From a virus: DNA of 64,000 bases. The notes below the pieces were generated by a model, which was not told the origin of the DNA, did not search any database, and saw only the letters and a program-made list of their open reading frames with translations. The position numbers and the translations under genes are program-made. Numbering within the stretch: position 1 is the first letter of the stretch; each line of letters begins with the position of its first letter. The DNA lies in IMG/VR virus record IMGVR_UViG_3300046777_002497, positions 10,079-74,078 of that record; one strand, written 5' to 3'. Positions 36,807 to 46,900 of the stretch are shown piece by piece.

Positions 36807-37016
36807 ATGGAACCATTCAAAGAAGGCATGGCCAATTTTGTGGCCACAATCACGGCTGGCATGCTTCTTTCCACGGGGGCAATGCTAATCACTGTCGGCA
36901 ATCAACAAGCAAGAGTGGCAGTACAAATTGAAAGTGTCACTGAAAAGCTTAGTGCTCTAACGGACAAAATGAGCGATATTGAAACACGAGTGCGCAGCCT
37001 TGAGATTAAACGCTAG
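36807..37016 (+). CDS. TM plus coiled-coil lysis-module protein
   Basis: N-terminal TM, RVRSLE coiled coil. Confidence 0.55.
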   Translation: MEPFKEGMANFVATITAGMLLSTGAMLITVGNQQARVAVQIESVTEKLSALTDKMSDIETRVRSLEIKR

Positions 37017-37046
37017 GCTTTAAGAAACTCTCTTAGAGGACTAGCC

Positions 37047-37190
37047 ATGTCTGGTGCAGAATGGTTCGTTATTGGTGGCATCATCATTGCCGCTGCTGAC
37101 CAAATTCTTGATCGTTCACCTTGGAAAAGCAATAACGTGCTGCAACTGCTTCTCGAAGGCTTGAAAACTGTTTTTCGCGTGAAGGACTGA
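37047..37190 (+). CDS. Putative holin-like peptide (47 aa)
   Basis: Manual translation MSGAEWFVIGGIIIAAADQILDRSPWKSNNVLQLLL...; precedes the endolysin. Confidence 0.55.
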   Translation: MSGAEWFVIGGIIIAAADQILDRSPWKSNNVLQLLLEGLKTVFRVKD

Positions 37191-37194
37191 AGCC

Positions 37195-38139
37195 ATGACG
37201 GCTTCCAATAGGGCATTCTGGGACGAATGCTTTAATCTCGCCCGCAGGCATGGAGCACGCTTCCCAGAATTAGCAGCGGCGCAATGCTGCCTAGAAAGTA
37301 GTTTCGGCAAGCATTTTTCTGGCACCTGGAATGCATTAGGGCTTAAAGGTGATGGCACTAGGACCACTACGCAAGAGTGGTACGACGGTCAATGGGTGAC
37401 AATTAAAGCAGGTTTCCTTGACTTTCCAAGTCTTTCTGCTTGCATTGAATATCTCATCACGCGATGGTATAAAGACTATCGTCAATTCAAGGGCGTTAAC
37501 AATGCGCCAAATCGTTATGCGGCAGCACGTATGCTCAAGGAGCAATCGTATGCCACTGATCCAGAATATCCTGCAAAGCTTTCAAGGCTTATGAAGGAGT
37601 ACGCCCCAGAAACCACACAATTTACAATGATTGGCCCTAAAAAACGTCCTCAAGACTTTGGCTTTAAAGCTGGCGATTCGCATTTAATTGTGAACGATGC
37701 AGTGGAAACTATGAAAGCTTTTTCTTACGAAGGAAAGCTTTTGTGGGAAATTCCTTGTCTTGCTCGTGGACAATATAGTGATTTTGAATGGCGCATTCAA
37801 AACAGTGACACTCCGCCAGGTATCTACCTTTTTGGAGAAGTGTACAAAGACTATGAGCGTGTGGGTGATAAACCTGCATATGATCGCACTTTAATGGCGT
37901 ATGGCTGGTACACCTTTGACATGATTGACTTGGAGGGTCAGGAACGAAACAACGGCAGAGCCGGTATCGCGTGTCATGGAGGTGGCAGCGCTAATGGCTG
38001 GCCAGGTGCATGGGCACCTAATCAGCCGCTAGTGCCTTCCCATGGATGTCTCCGCCTAAAAAATATTGACCTTCGCGATAAAGTTCTTCCGCTTTACAAG
38101 AAAGGCAAAATCTTTTGTTCGGTTTTTCAGGAAGGATGA
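37195..38139 (+). CDS. Endolysin: GH73 glucosaminidase plus L,D-transpeptidase (YkuD)-like domain
   Basis: AQCCLES..G, NALGLKG, YATDPEY; TPPG, HGG, SHGCLR. Confidence 0.82.
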   Translation: MTASNRAFWDECFNLARRHGARFPELAAAQCCLESSFGKHFSGTWNALGLKGDGTRTTTQEWYDGQWVTIKAGFLDFPSLSACIEYLITRWYKDYRQFKGVNNAPNRYAAARMLKEQSYATDPEYPAKLSRLMKEYAPETTQFTMIGPKKRPQDFGFKAGDSHLIVNDAVETMKAFSYEGKLLWEIPCLARGQYSDFEWRIQNSDTPPGIYLFGEVYKDYERVGDKPAYDRTLMAYGWYTFDMIDLEGQERNNGRAGIACHGGGSANGWPGAWAPNQPLVPSHGCLRLKNIDLRDKVLPLYKKGKIFCSVFQEG

Positions 38140-38543
38140 CTCGCGAAAGTTGGTTAAATGCTCTTTGTTATGAAGCAGGACTTTGGGCCGTCTCGCGATG
38201 GCCCTCTCTTGCTTTTAATCCATGGTTCAAACTGCTCATGGCGCATTGTCGTCAAGACTGGGCAGAATGGAAAACCAAAATCGTAATGGAGAAAGTAGAC
38301 GAGCAGGCAGCAGTATTGGTAAAACAATGGGAAAAAGAAGAAAAAGAAACAAAAGCAAATGCCTTAGCGGAGAAAGCTCGCTCTCTCTATCCCGAAGCGA
38401 AGGTGACGCCTCTTCCCGATGCCATCGTTCCGTCTGTTCTCATTGAAACAGCCCCACCAGCGGACGCTAGCGAGGCTGTAAAGGCGCTAGGAGGAGAACT
38501 GAGGATTACGTATCGGCTCGATGCCAAGCAAGAAGCGCCCTAA
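38136..38543 (+). CDS. Hypothetical lysis-module protein
   Basis: ATGA overlap with the endolysin. Confidence 0.55.
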   Translation: MTRESWLNALCYEAGLWAVSRWPSLAFNPWFKLLMAHCRQDWAEWKTKIVMEKVDEQAAVLVKQWEKEEKETKANALAEKARSLYPEAKVTPLPDAIVPSVLIETAPPADASEAVKALGGELRITYRLDAKQEAP

Positions 38544-38712
38544 GGCGCTTCCATTTAGCCAGCTCCTTCTCGTGGTAGCCTTCCCACTCGCTAATAGCTT
38601 CGCTTAGCCCCTTGATGGCAACAGCCGGATCATCGTCCGTGAGAAGCTCTTGAAGACCTTCAGAAATGTGATCCACTTGCTGCTTGTACCACTGATCCTT
38701 AAATCCGTCCAT
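38506..38712 (-). CDS. Hypothetical protein
   Basis: 68-aa ORF. Confidence 0.55.
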   Translation of the reverse strand: MDGFKDQWYKQQVDHISEGLQELLTDDDPAVAIKGLSEAISEWEGYHEKELAKWKRLRALLAWHRADT

Positions 38713-38744
38713 GGAGGAAAGACAAGAGCCCTTAGCTTAACTGG

Positions 38745-39968
38745 TCAAACCACTTCCACCCAGCCAATCATGCCTAAAGCTTTAGCGTTCACGTCAGTGT
38801 CCACGGTAAGAATCAACGTGTCGCTAACGCCAGAGGCGTTTTGCCCCAGCGCTAAGCGAATGGCTTCCGCCACTGCATAGTTATTAGCACTGCCCTGACT
38901 GACAAAACCAGAATCAATCACAGTGCCCCCCGTAGCAGTGCCGCTTGTCGTCACTTCTACATTGCCCCTACCATTGTTGGCAGCAGTCCACGTTACGCCA
39001 GAAAGCGTAGGATTCAATCGTAGTCGCCACAACACTACGTCACTAGAAGCAGTGGTAGTAGAAATCCTCACGGGAAGAATGACATTACCAGTACGACCAC
39101 TGGCCATACGAATGCCGGCAGTAATGCGTTCTCCAGAAGTGTTGGGTACTGTTAAAAGACTATGCGACACTGAATAAATGGCACCATCTGGCTCGTAGCC
39201 GCCTTCACTCAGTAAGCTGCAACACACATGCTTCATTGTTGCCGAAGATGCTTGAGCAGAAGCATTATGAATGCGATAGGACAATGGCAAAATAGCCGTT
39301 GTCATATAAACACTATCCAATGCATTGAAATGCTCAAATTCGTGGCAATAAACTATTTCCCCATCAACAACAAAACCACACCTAACGCGCCCCACTCCCA
39401 GCCATTCCAAATCGGCAGTAAAGATTTGCGCCTTGGCAAAGTTAAAAGAATCAAGCGTATCAATATTCCAATCGCTTTGATTCACTACGTCTTCATTAAT
39501 AGTGCCAGATGCATAACTTCTGACAACGAATTGCACAGTGGTGCCACTAGCGCGTAGCATCACGCCATTCTGATCATTGAAAATTCCCACTTCCTGAATG
39601 AGACCAGAGGCAAGCGGAGCGCCTACAAAGCTTTGCAAAAGCATCATGCTTTTGCCCGCCTGATACGGGAAATTCTGCTTAGTACGACGAAGAACCGTGT
39701 CTCCCGACGCAGTGGTGGTGCTCATTGCCACACTGCTTTGATGCGTCAGGAATGTAGAAGTGCCACTACCAACAATGCTGTCAAACCATTGATCAGGACG
39801 TTTGTCATAGCGCATTGTGCTATCAAAAAGCGTATAAGGAGCGCTCGTCCGCTGCCTGCCAAATGCATCTACAGCTCCACTATCAGGGCCTTTTTGTAAA
39901 ATCTTTCCACGATAATCTGCTTCAATATGAGTTTCAAACTGTTCACCACCTGCAATAATTTGTCCCAT
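38745..39968 (-). CDS. Virion structural protein (cyanophage DAFGR family)
   Basis: DAFGR.R, YQAGKS, EWLGVG.VR.G, LP..Y.I, SEGG. Confidence 0.7.
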   Translation of the reverse strand: MGQIIAGGEQFETHIEADYRGKILQKGPDSGAVDAFGRQRTSAPYTLFDSTMRYDKRPDQWFDSIVGSGTSTFLTHQSSVAMSTTTASGDTVLRRTKQNFPYQAGKSMMLLQSFVGAPLASGLIQEVGIFNDQNGVMLRASGTTVQFVVRSYASGTINEDVVNQSDWNIDTLDSFNFAKAQIFTADLEWLGVGRVRCGFVVDGEIVYCHEFEHFNALDSVYMTTAILPLSYRIHNASAQASSATMKHVCCSLLSEGGYEPDGAIYSVSHSLLTVPNTSGERITAGIRMASGRTGNVILPVRISTTTASSDVVLWRLRLNPTLSGVTWTAANNGRGNVEVTTSGTATGGTVIDSGFVSQGSANNYAVAEAIRLALGQNASGVSDTLILTVDTDVNAKALGMIGWVEVV

Positions 39969-40028
39969 GACAATTCTGTCTTTCTTGTATTGTAGGAGCA
40001 AAAAGAAAGGGCCTTTCGGCCCCGTTCT

Positions 40029-40166
40029 TTATTTACCTTGTCCGCGCATTTTCTTGCGGCCATGACTTGGTTTACTGTTTTTACCTTGCCCCTGAGCAGA
40101 TTTTTTTGGTTTGCCAGGCGTAAACAGCTTTTGCCCGCTGATGCCGATTTTGCTTTTTGCCGCCAT
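40029..40166 (-). CDS. Small highly basic protein (45 aa)
   Basis: Manual translation MAAKSKIG...KPKKSAQGQGKNSK...KKMRGQGK; terminator hairpin near 40000-40030. Confidence 0.65.
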   Translation of the reverse strand: MAAKSKIGISGQKLFTPGKPKKSAQGQGKNSKPSHGRKKMRGQGK

Positions 40167-40189
40167 GGAAAGACGATGAAAACAAAAGC

Positions 40190-40504
40190 TTAGCTATTCC
40201 AGGGCAGGCCGGTGCCAGTAGTAGGAGTGCGCTGCTGGGAAATCTGATCGGCCAAGGCCGCTTCGATTTCTACTACTTTCTCAGCACCAAATTTTTCCTT
40301 CACCCAACCAGTGACGATTTCAGGCGTGAGCTGGGCATAAGGAATTTCATCGTCCTCATCGGGCGCTTCAAGGCCAAGACTGCCATAGGCCGAGCTTGCA
40401 TACGTGCCATCGTCGGCAGAAATTGTATAGTGAACCGTGTAGACGATTCCATCAGCAAGGTGGCGTTCCAGATTTGCAACGCCCCATTGGTAAGTGATTG
40501 CCAT
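40190..40504 (-). CDS. Tail fibre-associated protein
   Basis: W.VANLER..DG.V.TVHY...IPY..LT...WV...GLPW. Confidence 0.7.
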   Translation of the reverse strand: MAITYQWGVANLERHLADGIVYTVHYTISADDGTYASSAYGSLGLEAPDEDDEIPYAQLTPEIVTGWVKEKFGAEKVVEIEAALADQISQQRTPTTGTGLPWNS

Positions 40505-40575
40505 GGTTAAAAAGAATGGTCTTTGTTAGTTTAGACGATGCAAAAGCAGATCAAGGTGCGAAAATTACGGGCGCC

Positions 40576-40854
40576 TTACAGGATGGAAAGCCGGCCAGAG
40601 GGGTCAAGACCAATAGTTAAATATTCTGTTGCGTCCTGAGCAATATTACGACAGGCTTTCTTGAATTCAGACGTTTCTTTTTGTGGATACTTGGCTTCAT
40701 ACTGCATTGTTTCTGGGTTCAAAACATTACATTCTGGATCTCCAAGATAAAAGCAGTTAATAGCTTGTCGCGCTTCTTTCTGTTGCTCAATGCTCAAAGA
40801 GAAAGTAACGGGAACTTTGAATGTTGCAATTAAGTTCATCTTGTATTCAGACAT
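40576..40854 (-). CDS. Hypothetical protein (AT-rich cassette)
   Basis: 92-aa ORF. Confidence 0.5.
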   Translation of the reverse strand: MSEYKMNLIATFKVPVTFSLSIEQQKEARQAINCFYLGDPECNVLNPETMQYEAKYPQKETSEFKKACRNIAQDATEYLTIGLDPSGRLSIL

Positions 40855-40871
40855 AGAAAAGAAGGTGACTA

Positions 40872-41102
40872 CTAAGTTTCAAGCTCCTCAGCGATGGCGA
40901 GGAGGTCATCGGCATCACACTTCCACACGTCATGGTTGTGGTGTTGCTGAGTGTGGGCAACAGCAGCTCGCAGGGCAGCGGCAAGTTCACGTCCTAGAAT
41001 CACAGACATTACCGGAAACCCCAGCTCTACAGCATCTTTGCCAAACTTGGCTTCCAATAACGCATTTAGCACTGCTTGTGCTGCAGGGGAAAGTTTAGAC
41101 AT
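40872..41102 (-). CDS. 'SPAAQAVL' family small protein
   Basis: Paralog of 21478..21669. Confidence 0.7.
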   Translation of the reverse strand: MSKLSPAAQAVLNALLEAKFGKDAVELGFPVMSVILGRELAAALRAAVAHTQQHHNHDVWKCDADDLLAIAEELET

Positions 41103-41116
41103 AGAAGTGGAAGCGC

Positions 41117-41458
41117 CTACTCGTTGTTGGGAAGTTGTTCAAGGGCGCGGCGGATGTAATCGGCAGGCTCCGTTGTGTCCATCGAGTGAGCTGCACCATC
41201 GAGCAGGTGCGAGAGCGCCAGGAGCGCCTGCTTCTTCAAGCTCGGCGGCTTGGAGCGGCGGGCGGCGCGGAGTGCATTGATGTAGTTGGTCGGCGTCTCG
41301 TCCGCCATCCATTCACAGCACGCCTTCAGCTCCTGATCTGCGCCCCATTGGGCGGCGCGGGTGGCGATGCGGCTGATCACATTTGGGCCGCCTTCGTCAG
41401 TATCAATCCACTCGCCAATCAGCTCATCTGACGGGGTGATGGGATGTTGTTGTGTCAT
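41117..41458 (-). CDS. 'GADQELEAC' family protein, copy 4
   Basis: Paralog of 22183..22539, with near-identical DNA at both ends. Confidence 0.75.
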   Translation of the reverse strand: MTQQHPITPSDELIGEWIDTDEGGPNVISRIATRAAQWGADQELKACCEWMADETPTNYINALRAARRSKPPSLKKQALLALSHLLDGAAHSMDTTEPADYIRRALEQLPNNE

Positions 41459-41477
41459 GGGTGATTAGTGGTAATGA

Positions 41478-41654
41478 CTACTCGATTACAGGGAGAGGTT
41501 TACCAAGCGACTCCAGCCAGCACAACTGGCACCAGCGGCCTTCGTGACCTGGGATAGTGCTTTCGATTGTGTAGCTATGAATTCCGTGCTTCGGACAATC
41601 AATCTTTGGCAACTGTCGCCCGATTGCCAACGTGGGGTAATCTTGTTCGGTCAT
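41478..41654 (-). CDS. Small Zn-finger protein (58 aa)
   Basis: Manual translation MTEQDYP...CPKHG...GHEGRWCQLCWLESLG; paralog of 21662..21841. Confidence 0.7.
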   Translation of the reverse strand: MTEQDYPTLAIGRQLPKIDCPKHGIHSYTIESTIPGHEGRWCQLCWLESLGKPLPVIE

Positions 41655-41813
41655 GGTCTCTAGGGAACTGTGGCTAGGGGCAGGAGGTGCAAACTCGCTG
41701 CCCCACCACTATAAGAGCAGACCAAGCCCAACTATCCGGAAATTCCAGATAGTTCAACTTGTAAGGGCTGGTTACAAATTCGCCAGCCCTCGCAGTGAGT
41801 AGGGTTACTGGCT

Positions 41814-43922
41814 CTAGCAAGCCATCAACACGCAGGGCACGCAGTAGCTGCCATCGTCGTAGGTGCAGGTGACGTGAGTTGAAATCACCTTGGCGATGGT
41901 TTTGCTGCGGATGATGTCGTCGTCTTGGGGCTTGGCAGTGCCATCACCAGCCGACATCAGCAGGTCACCACGTTGAACCGTGACACCTTCGGCAATGCGG
42001 ATGATGAAGTCACCCGTCATCGCACAGTAGAAGTCGTCGGTGTAGGTGTCGTCGTCATCGTCCCAGGCTTGGAACACTCCCGACACATTCGGATCACCTT
42101 CAATATCGCTCACCTGCATGCGGTTGAGCTGTTCGTTGTCTTCATCGCCCCATTCGCACATCTCGTCGATGTTGCTTAGAACGGTGCCGCGCAGGATTTC
42201 GGTGCGTTCTGCGCCACCAGGAAGCTGGGACCAGCGGGAGAGGTGAGCACCGTTGTAGCTAACGGTGGTGCCGGAGACGGAAATAGTGCCTTCTTCTGTA
42301 CCGTCTTGGCGCAGAGAAACTATGGTGCCATCACTTGCCCTTCTGTTGAAGAAGGCCGATGGTCCTCCATTTCTTGTAACAGACAAATATGCACCATTAC
42401 TGTTTCCTATGGTGCAGCCATCAATGTTGTTTTGAGCTGGATCTGTATCTGTATTGTTCAAAAAACACGCACCGGCATTATTAATCCTCATCCGCTCCGT
42501 CGGGCCGCTCGCTCCGTCGGCGGTAGTGGAGAACACTAGGCGGCCTGGATAGTCACTAGTCCCAGCAGTACCATCCGTCGAACAAGTAATACTTGCAAAG
42601 GTATTTCCTGCTGCTTGATCTGTAAAACGCAGCTCGCCTAAAGTAACATCAGGCGAAATAGTTCCGCCTGAATTATACGCAATTGCCATAGAGGCATAAT
42701 TACCTCCAGACACGTTTCCTTGGACAACAAAACGTGATGCACTAGAGCTAGAAGACGTGCCAACTAACAACCTGCCGGAGCTGTCGATGCGGGCGCGTTC
42801 GGTGTAACCACCTCCACTGGAATTAACTTGAGCGAAGGCAAGTGGATTATATCCACCTCCAGAAGGACCTGTTGTTAGTATCCTTGCGTCTCCAGAGACA
42901 TCGAGCACCACAGTGCTTGCAGAAGCTGTGCCAAATGTTCCAGTTGCACAAATAGCCCCGTTCACTTGAAGAGCGTGCCCAGGACTCGTAACGCCAATCC
43001 CTACGTTACCTGCCGAGGTAACATGTAATCGTGTATTTGCGGCCCCATTCGTGTAAATACCAAAAGATCCCGCGTAATCTGTTCCTATAGCTGCGTTTTG
43101 AGTGGCGGAGCCGCCATCAACATTCAAATGGCGGGTACCATCGCCGATGCGGATTCTGGGTGTCGTAGCATCCTCAATAGTTAACTTAAAACCAGGGCTA
43201 CTAGTCCCCAGACCTAAGCGGCCACTGGAATCAATGCGCATCCGTTCTGACGCATCTGTGTAAAATTGCACAACACGATTGGTGCCATCAAGGCGCAATG
43301 CAGAACGCACATCACCTAAAGCGCCAGCTTTATAGGAGTAGATAAAAGAGTCAGAATTTAACGAAAAATCACTAGATGAATTGATTCCTCCCGCAACATC
43401 CAGTTGTGCTGCAGGGCTGCTAGTCCCCAGGCCCACTTTCCCATCAGAGGCAACAAACAACCGCGCAGTGCCATTAGTCGAGATGGCTAGTTGATCTGCG
43501 CCAGGAGAATACAGTCCAGTATTTGCGTCTCCGCTTATAAAAAGCGATGGAGATCCAGCACTGCCTGCGATAATTCCCAATGCGCCAGTCATTGTATCGC
43601 CAGTGACGTTTACAAATTCACCAGCTTCACTGCGCCATGCGGCACCATCCCAAATCTTAAATACGTAAGTGCCACCACTGGTATCAAGCCATTGCTCCCC
43701 CAAGGAATTACCGGCAGTGCCACCACTTGCCGGTACGGCATTAGGAGCACCGCTACCCACATGCACAGGCCCCACTTTTACCAAGCTTCCATTGCTGTCC
43801 TTAAAGAACATGCCAGGACTGCCACTTGCATAGTTAATGGCCACTTGACCATCAACCATAGAAGCAGGATTAGGACGCTTATTAAGCGTCGATGAACGCA
43901 GATGCTGAAGAACACCAGCCAT
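41814..43922 (-). CDS. Tail fibre protein with modular RIDSSG..G.GT repeats and C-terminal chaperone-like domain
   Basis: Repeated ERMRIDSSGRLG.GTSSP modules. Confidence 0.8.
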   Translation of the reverse strand: MAGVLQHLRSSTLNKRPNPASMVDGQVAINYASGSPGMFFKDSNGSLVKVGPVHVGSGAPNAVPASGGTAGNSLGEQWLDTSGGTYVFKIWDGAAWRSEAGEFVNVTGDTMTGALGIIAGSAGSPSLFISGDANTGLYSPGADQLAISTNGTARLFVASDGKVGLGTSSPAAQLDVAGGINSSSDFSLNSDSFIYSYKAGALGDVRSALRLDGTNRVVQFYTDASERMRIDSSGRLGLGTSSPGFKLTIEDATTPRIRIGDGTRHLNVDGGSATQNAAIGTDYAGSFGIYTNGAANTRLHVTSAGNVGIGVTSPGHALQVNGAICATGTFGTASASTVVLDVSGDARILTTGPSGGGYNPLAFAQVNSSGGGYTERARIDSSGRLLVGTSSSSSASRFVVQGNVSGGNYASMAIAYNSGGTISPDVTLGELRFTDQAAGNTFASITCSTDGTAGTSDYPGRLVFSTTADGASGPTERMRINNAGACFLNNTDTDPAQNNIDGCTIGNSNGAYLSVTRNGGPSAFFNRRASDGTIVSLRQDGTEEGTISVSGTTVSYNGAHLSRWSQLPGGAERTEILRGTVLSNIDEMCEWGDEDNEQLNRMQVSDIEGDPNVSGVFQAWDDDDDTYTDDFYCAMTGDFIIRIAEGVTVQRGDLLMSAGDGTAKPQDDDIIRSKTIAKVISTHVTCTYDDGSYCVPCVLMAC

Positions 43923-43994
43923 GATTAAAGCCTTTCGGAATTACAGAAGACTAATAAGTCTTTCGCAATTCTAAAAGGCTTTATTTGTCATTGA

Positions 43995-46900
43995 TTAGAA
44001 AGTTCCTTCATCAATGGTGGCGTCAATGGTGCCAGCGGAAAAATTGCCGCTACTATCACGAGCAACAATTGCACTTGTAGTATTTGAGCTAGTGGCAGTG
44101 GTGGCGCTGTTGCTGACTTTTCCTGCCGTCGAAATAGTTGATAACTTGGTGTCAGCAATGCTGCCAGCAAGCATTGTATTGGTAACGGTGCCGGTATCTC
44201 CAGTGGTAATGACAGTGCCAGTAGTATCTGGTAATGTCACCACTTTGTCGGAGGTGGCATCAGCAGCAGTGAGTTGAATTTCAAAAGCGTTATCAGTGGC
44301 ACCTTCAAACAGCAGCGTGCCAGTGTTGCCAATAACCACTTCACCAGTGATTGTGCCGCCAGCTTTAGGAAGAGCAGCATTGGCAAGGTCATAAGCACTC
44401 TTCACTGCAGTGGCAGTAGCAGCAAGAGAAGAACTAGTTGTGCTCGTGCTATCAGTGAGCTGAACGCTTCCCCTTACGCTTGTTGATGCATCGGGGATAG
44501 AAATAACGGGAGTGGTTGAGCCGCTAACAACAGTGAGTGGAGAATTAACGCTCACTGACAACACAGTACCACTGGCAGGAGTGGCCCAATGAACGCCTGG
44601 TCCAAAGGCTGAATTAGCCGTCAATACTTGCCCGTTGGTACCAATGGCCTGCTTGACTAACGTGGTACCACTTGCAACAAGAATGTCGCCTTTTGTATAA
44701 GTGCCAGTACCAGTACCACCGTAAGCAACAGCTAAAATACCACTCGCAACATTACTAGCATTGCGACATTCAGTGCTAACTTCTTCTAATGCAGCTTGAA
44801 CATTGGTGCTGCTTATATTGGCAGCAGGCGTGAAAGCAACGTTAACTGCAGCTTGTGCCGTGTAAGTGGAGCTAACGTCCACTTCAGTCCATGCCGTGCC
44901 ATTGCAAAGCAGAATATCAGGCGGTTGCAAAGCAGTGGCAGGAGCAGGAGCCACGCCAGTGCCGCCGCTTTCCACCACCACGTAGTAACGATTAAACGTA
45001 GCAGAGGGAGTGGGAAGTGGCTGTCCAATTGAGAGACCAACAGCGGCGCCATCGCTACTTGTACTAGCAATAATATTGCCACTTGCATTGTAAGTGCCAC
45101 CAAAAATAATCTCACCAACTGAAATACCAACTGGATTCCAAACGTTTCCATCCCACAGATAGAGATCTTTCTCTAATGGATTGAAGAAGAATTGTCCAAT
45201 AAAATCTGCAGACGGCAATGCTTCGCCAAATTGACTAACGCTGTAGTTCGCCAAATTAGATGCCCGAACTGCATCTTCTCCAATGAAGCCGCTACCAAAC
45301 GTTCCAGTGGTAATCTTCGATGCGGGCAGCCCTGGAATGTCGTCGGCTACTAAAGCAGTTTCCCCTGCGCTGATGTGTCCTTCTTCATCAACAGTGACTT
45401 TGTAATAAATGCCAGAGGCTACGCTATTGGCATGGTTGAAGATGCCACTGACGGTGACTAAACCAGTACCAGCTTGAGCTACGCCAAGAGCGCTAGTTGT
45501 TGCCTTTGGAAGATCGCTTGCAGAAATGGCGCGGAATGTAGGCGCAGCATCACTGTTTCCACTTGCAGGGCCAGCAAAGAACCGAGAAGCTACTTGCGTG
45601 TTCAGAGAGGGAACAATGGAAGCGCTGAACGAATCAGGGTAGGACGTAGTAAAGCTATAAACAGTATCTCCAGAAACAACAGTTGTTACAAGACCTGTTT
45701 GGCGCTGCCATACACTACCGGTCCAAGTGTATTCATAGCCGTCGCTGGTATTGAACCATTGTTGACCAATGAATGATCCATTGCCAATTGGTGAAGAACC
45801 AGCTACTACTGCAGCAGAATTATCCGCTAACTTAACGGCTGTTACGCCACTATTTGTAATTTTTGCAGTGGTGATAGCGCTATCGAGAATCTTGGCAGTT
45901 GTTACGGCATCATTGGCAATGGTGGCAGCGAAGGCTCCAGTGCCTGTACCAGTGACATCTCCAGAAAGTGTGATTGTTTGATCGCCAGTATTAGTACCAG
46001 TGGAAGTGCCAGAAAAGCTTCCGTTCTGCGTAGCAAGAGTACCAAGACCAAGCGTTGTGCGAATATCGGCAATCGTTGCATCGTCAAGAATCGAACGTGC
46101 CGCTGAAGTGCAGGCAATTTCTTCTACAGTGCCGCCGCTGGCAGATGAACGTCCAAGAATGACATCGCTTGTTGTAGTGGCTTGAATCTTTGCATAAGAC
46201 ACTGCATTGTTGGCAAGCTTCGCCGTGGTGACGCCGCTATCAACAATTTTTGCAGTGCTTACGGAATCACTGGCTAGTTTCGCCTGTGTAACATTTGCAT
46301 CAACAATCTTGTCAGTTGTAACGCCACTATTGGCAATCTTTGCAGTGGTAATTGCAGAATCAGCAATATTGGCAGTGACAATGGAAGAAGAATCATAGTC
46401 TCCGCTGCCAACTGTATTTTTTACAGCTAACGAGCCAAGTCCAAGAGTGGTGCGCTGAGCGCTTGCATCTGCATCGTCAAGAATGGCGCGACCAGCAGCA
46501 GTGATCGTCGAAGTTGCGTAAGTGTCAGAAGCAGTGGTGTAAATGATTTGACCAGATGCCGTGGTCAGTCCTGCAATTGATGCCAGTGCAGCGTCATACG
46601 CTTGCACGTCAGCGCCAATGGCAAGGCCAAGATTTGTGCGTGCCCCAGAGGCGGTAGAAGCTCCAGTGCCGCCATCTGCAACGGCAAGGTCAGTAATGCC
46701 ACTAATAACGCCACCATTGATCGTCGCATAAGTGATCGTGCCACTACTGAGCACTGCTGTGCCGCCTGTAATGTCTACGCCAGAAGCAGCTTGAACAGCG
46801 ATGGAGCCAAGGCCAAGCGTGGTGCGCTGAGCAGCAGCATCCGCATCATCAAGCAACGCCCTGCCTGCCTCTGTAAGCGTGATGGCTTCTATATTGCCAC

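Noticed and set aside
43224-43232. Self-target of guide A4 (ACTGGAATC) in the tail fibre gene; also revcomp B2 near 10120 and revcomp B3 near 32533
   Set aside because: Only half-sites match and the adjacent sequence does not fit the partner segment; a given 9-mer is expected about 0.5 times by chance in 64 kb on both strands
41814-43922. Diversity-generating retroelement target
   Set aside because: No reverse transcriptase or adenine-specific TR/VR pair seen in the window
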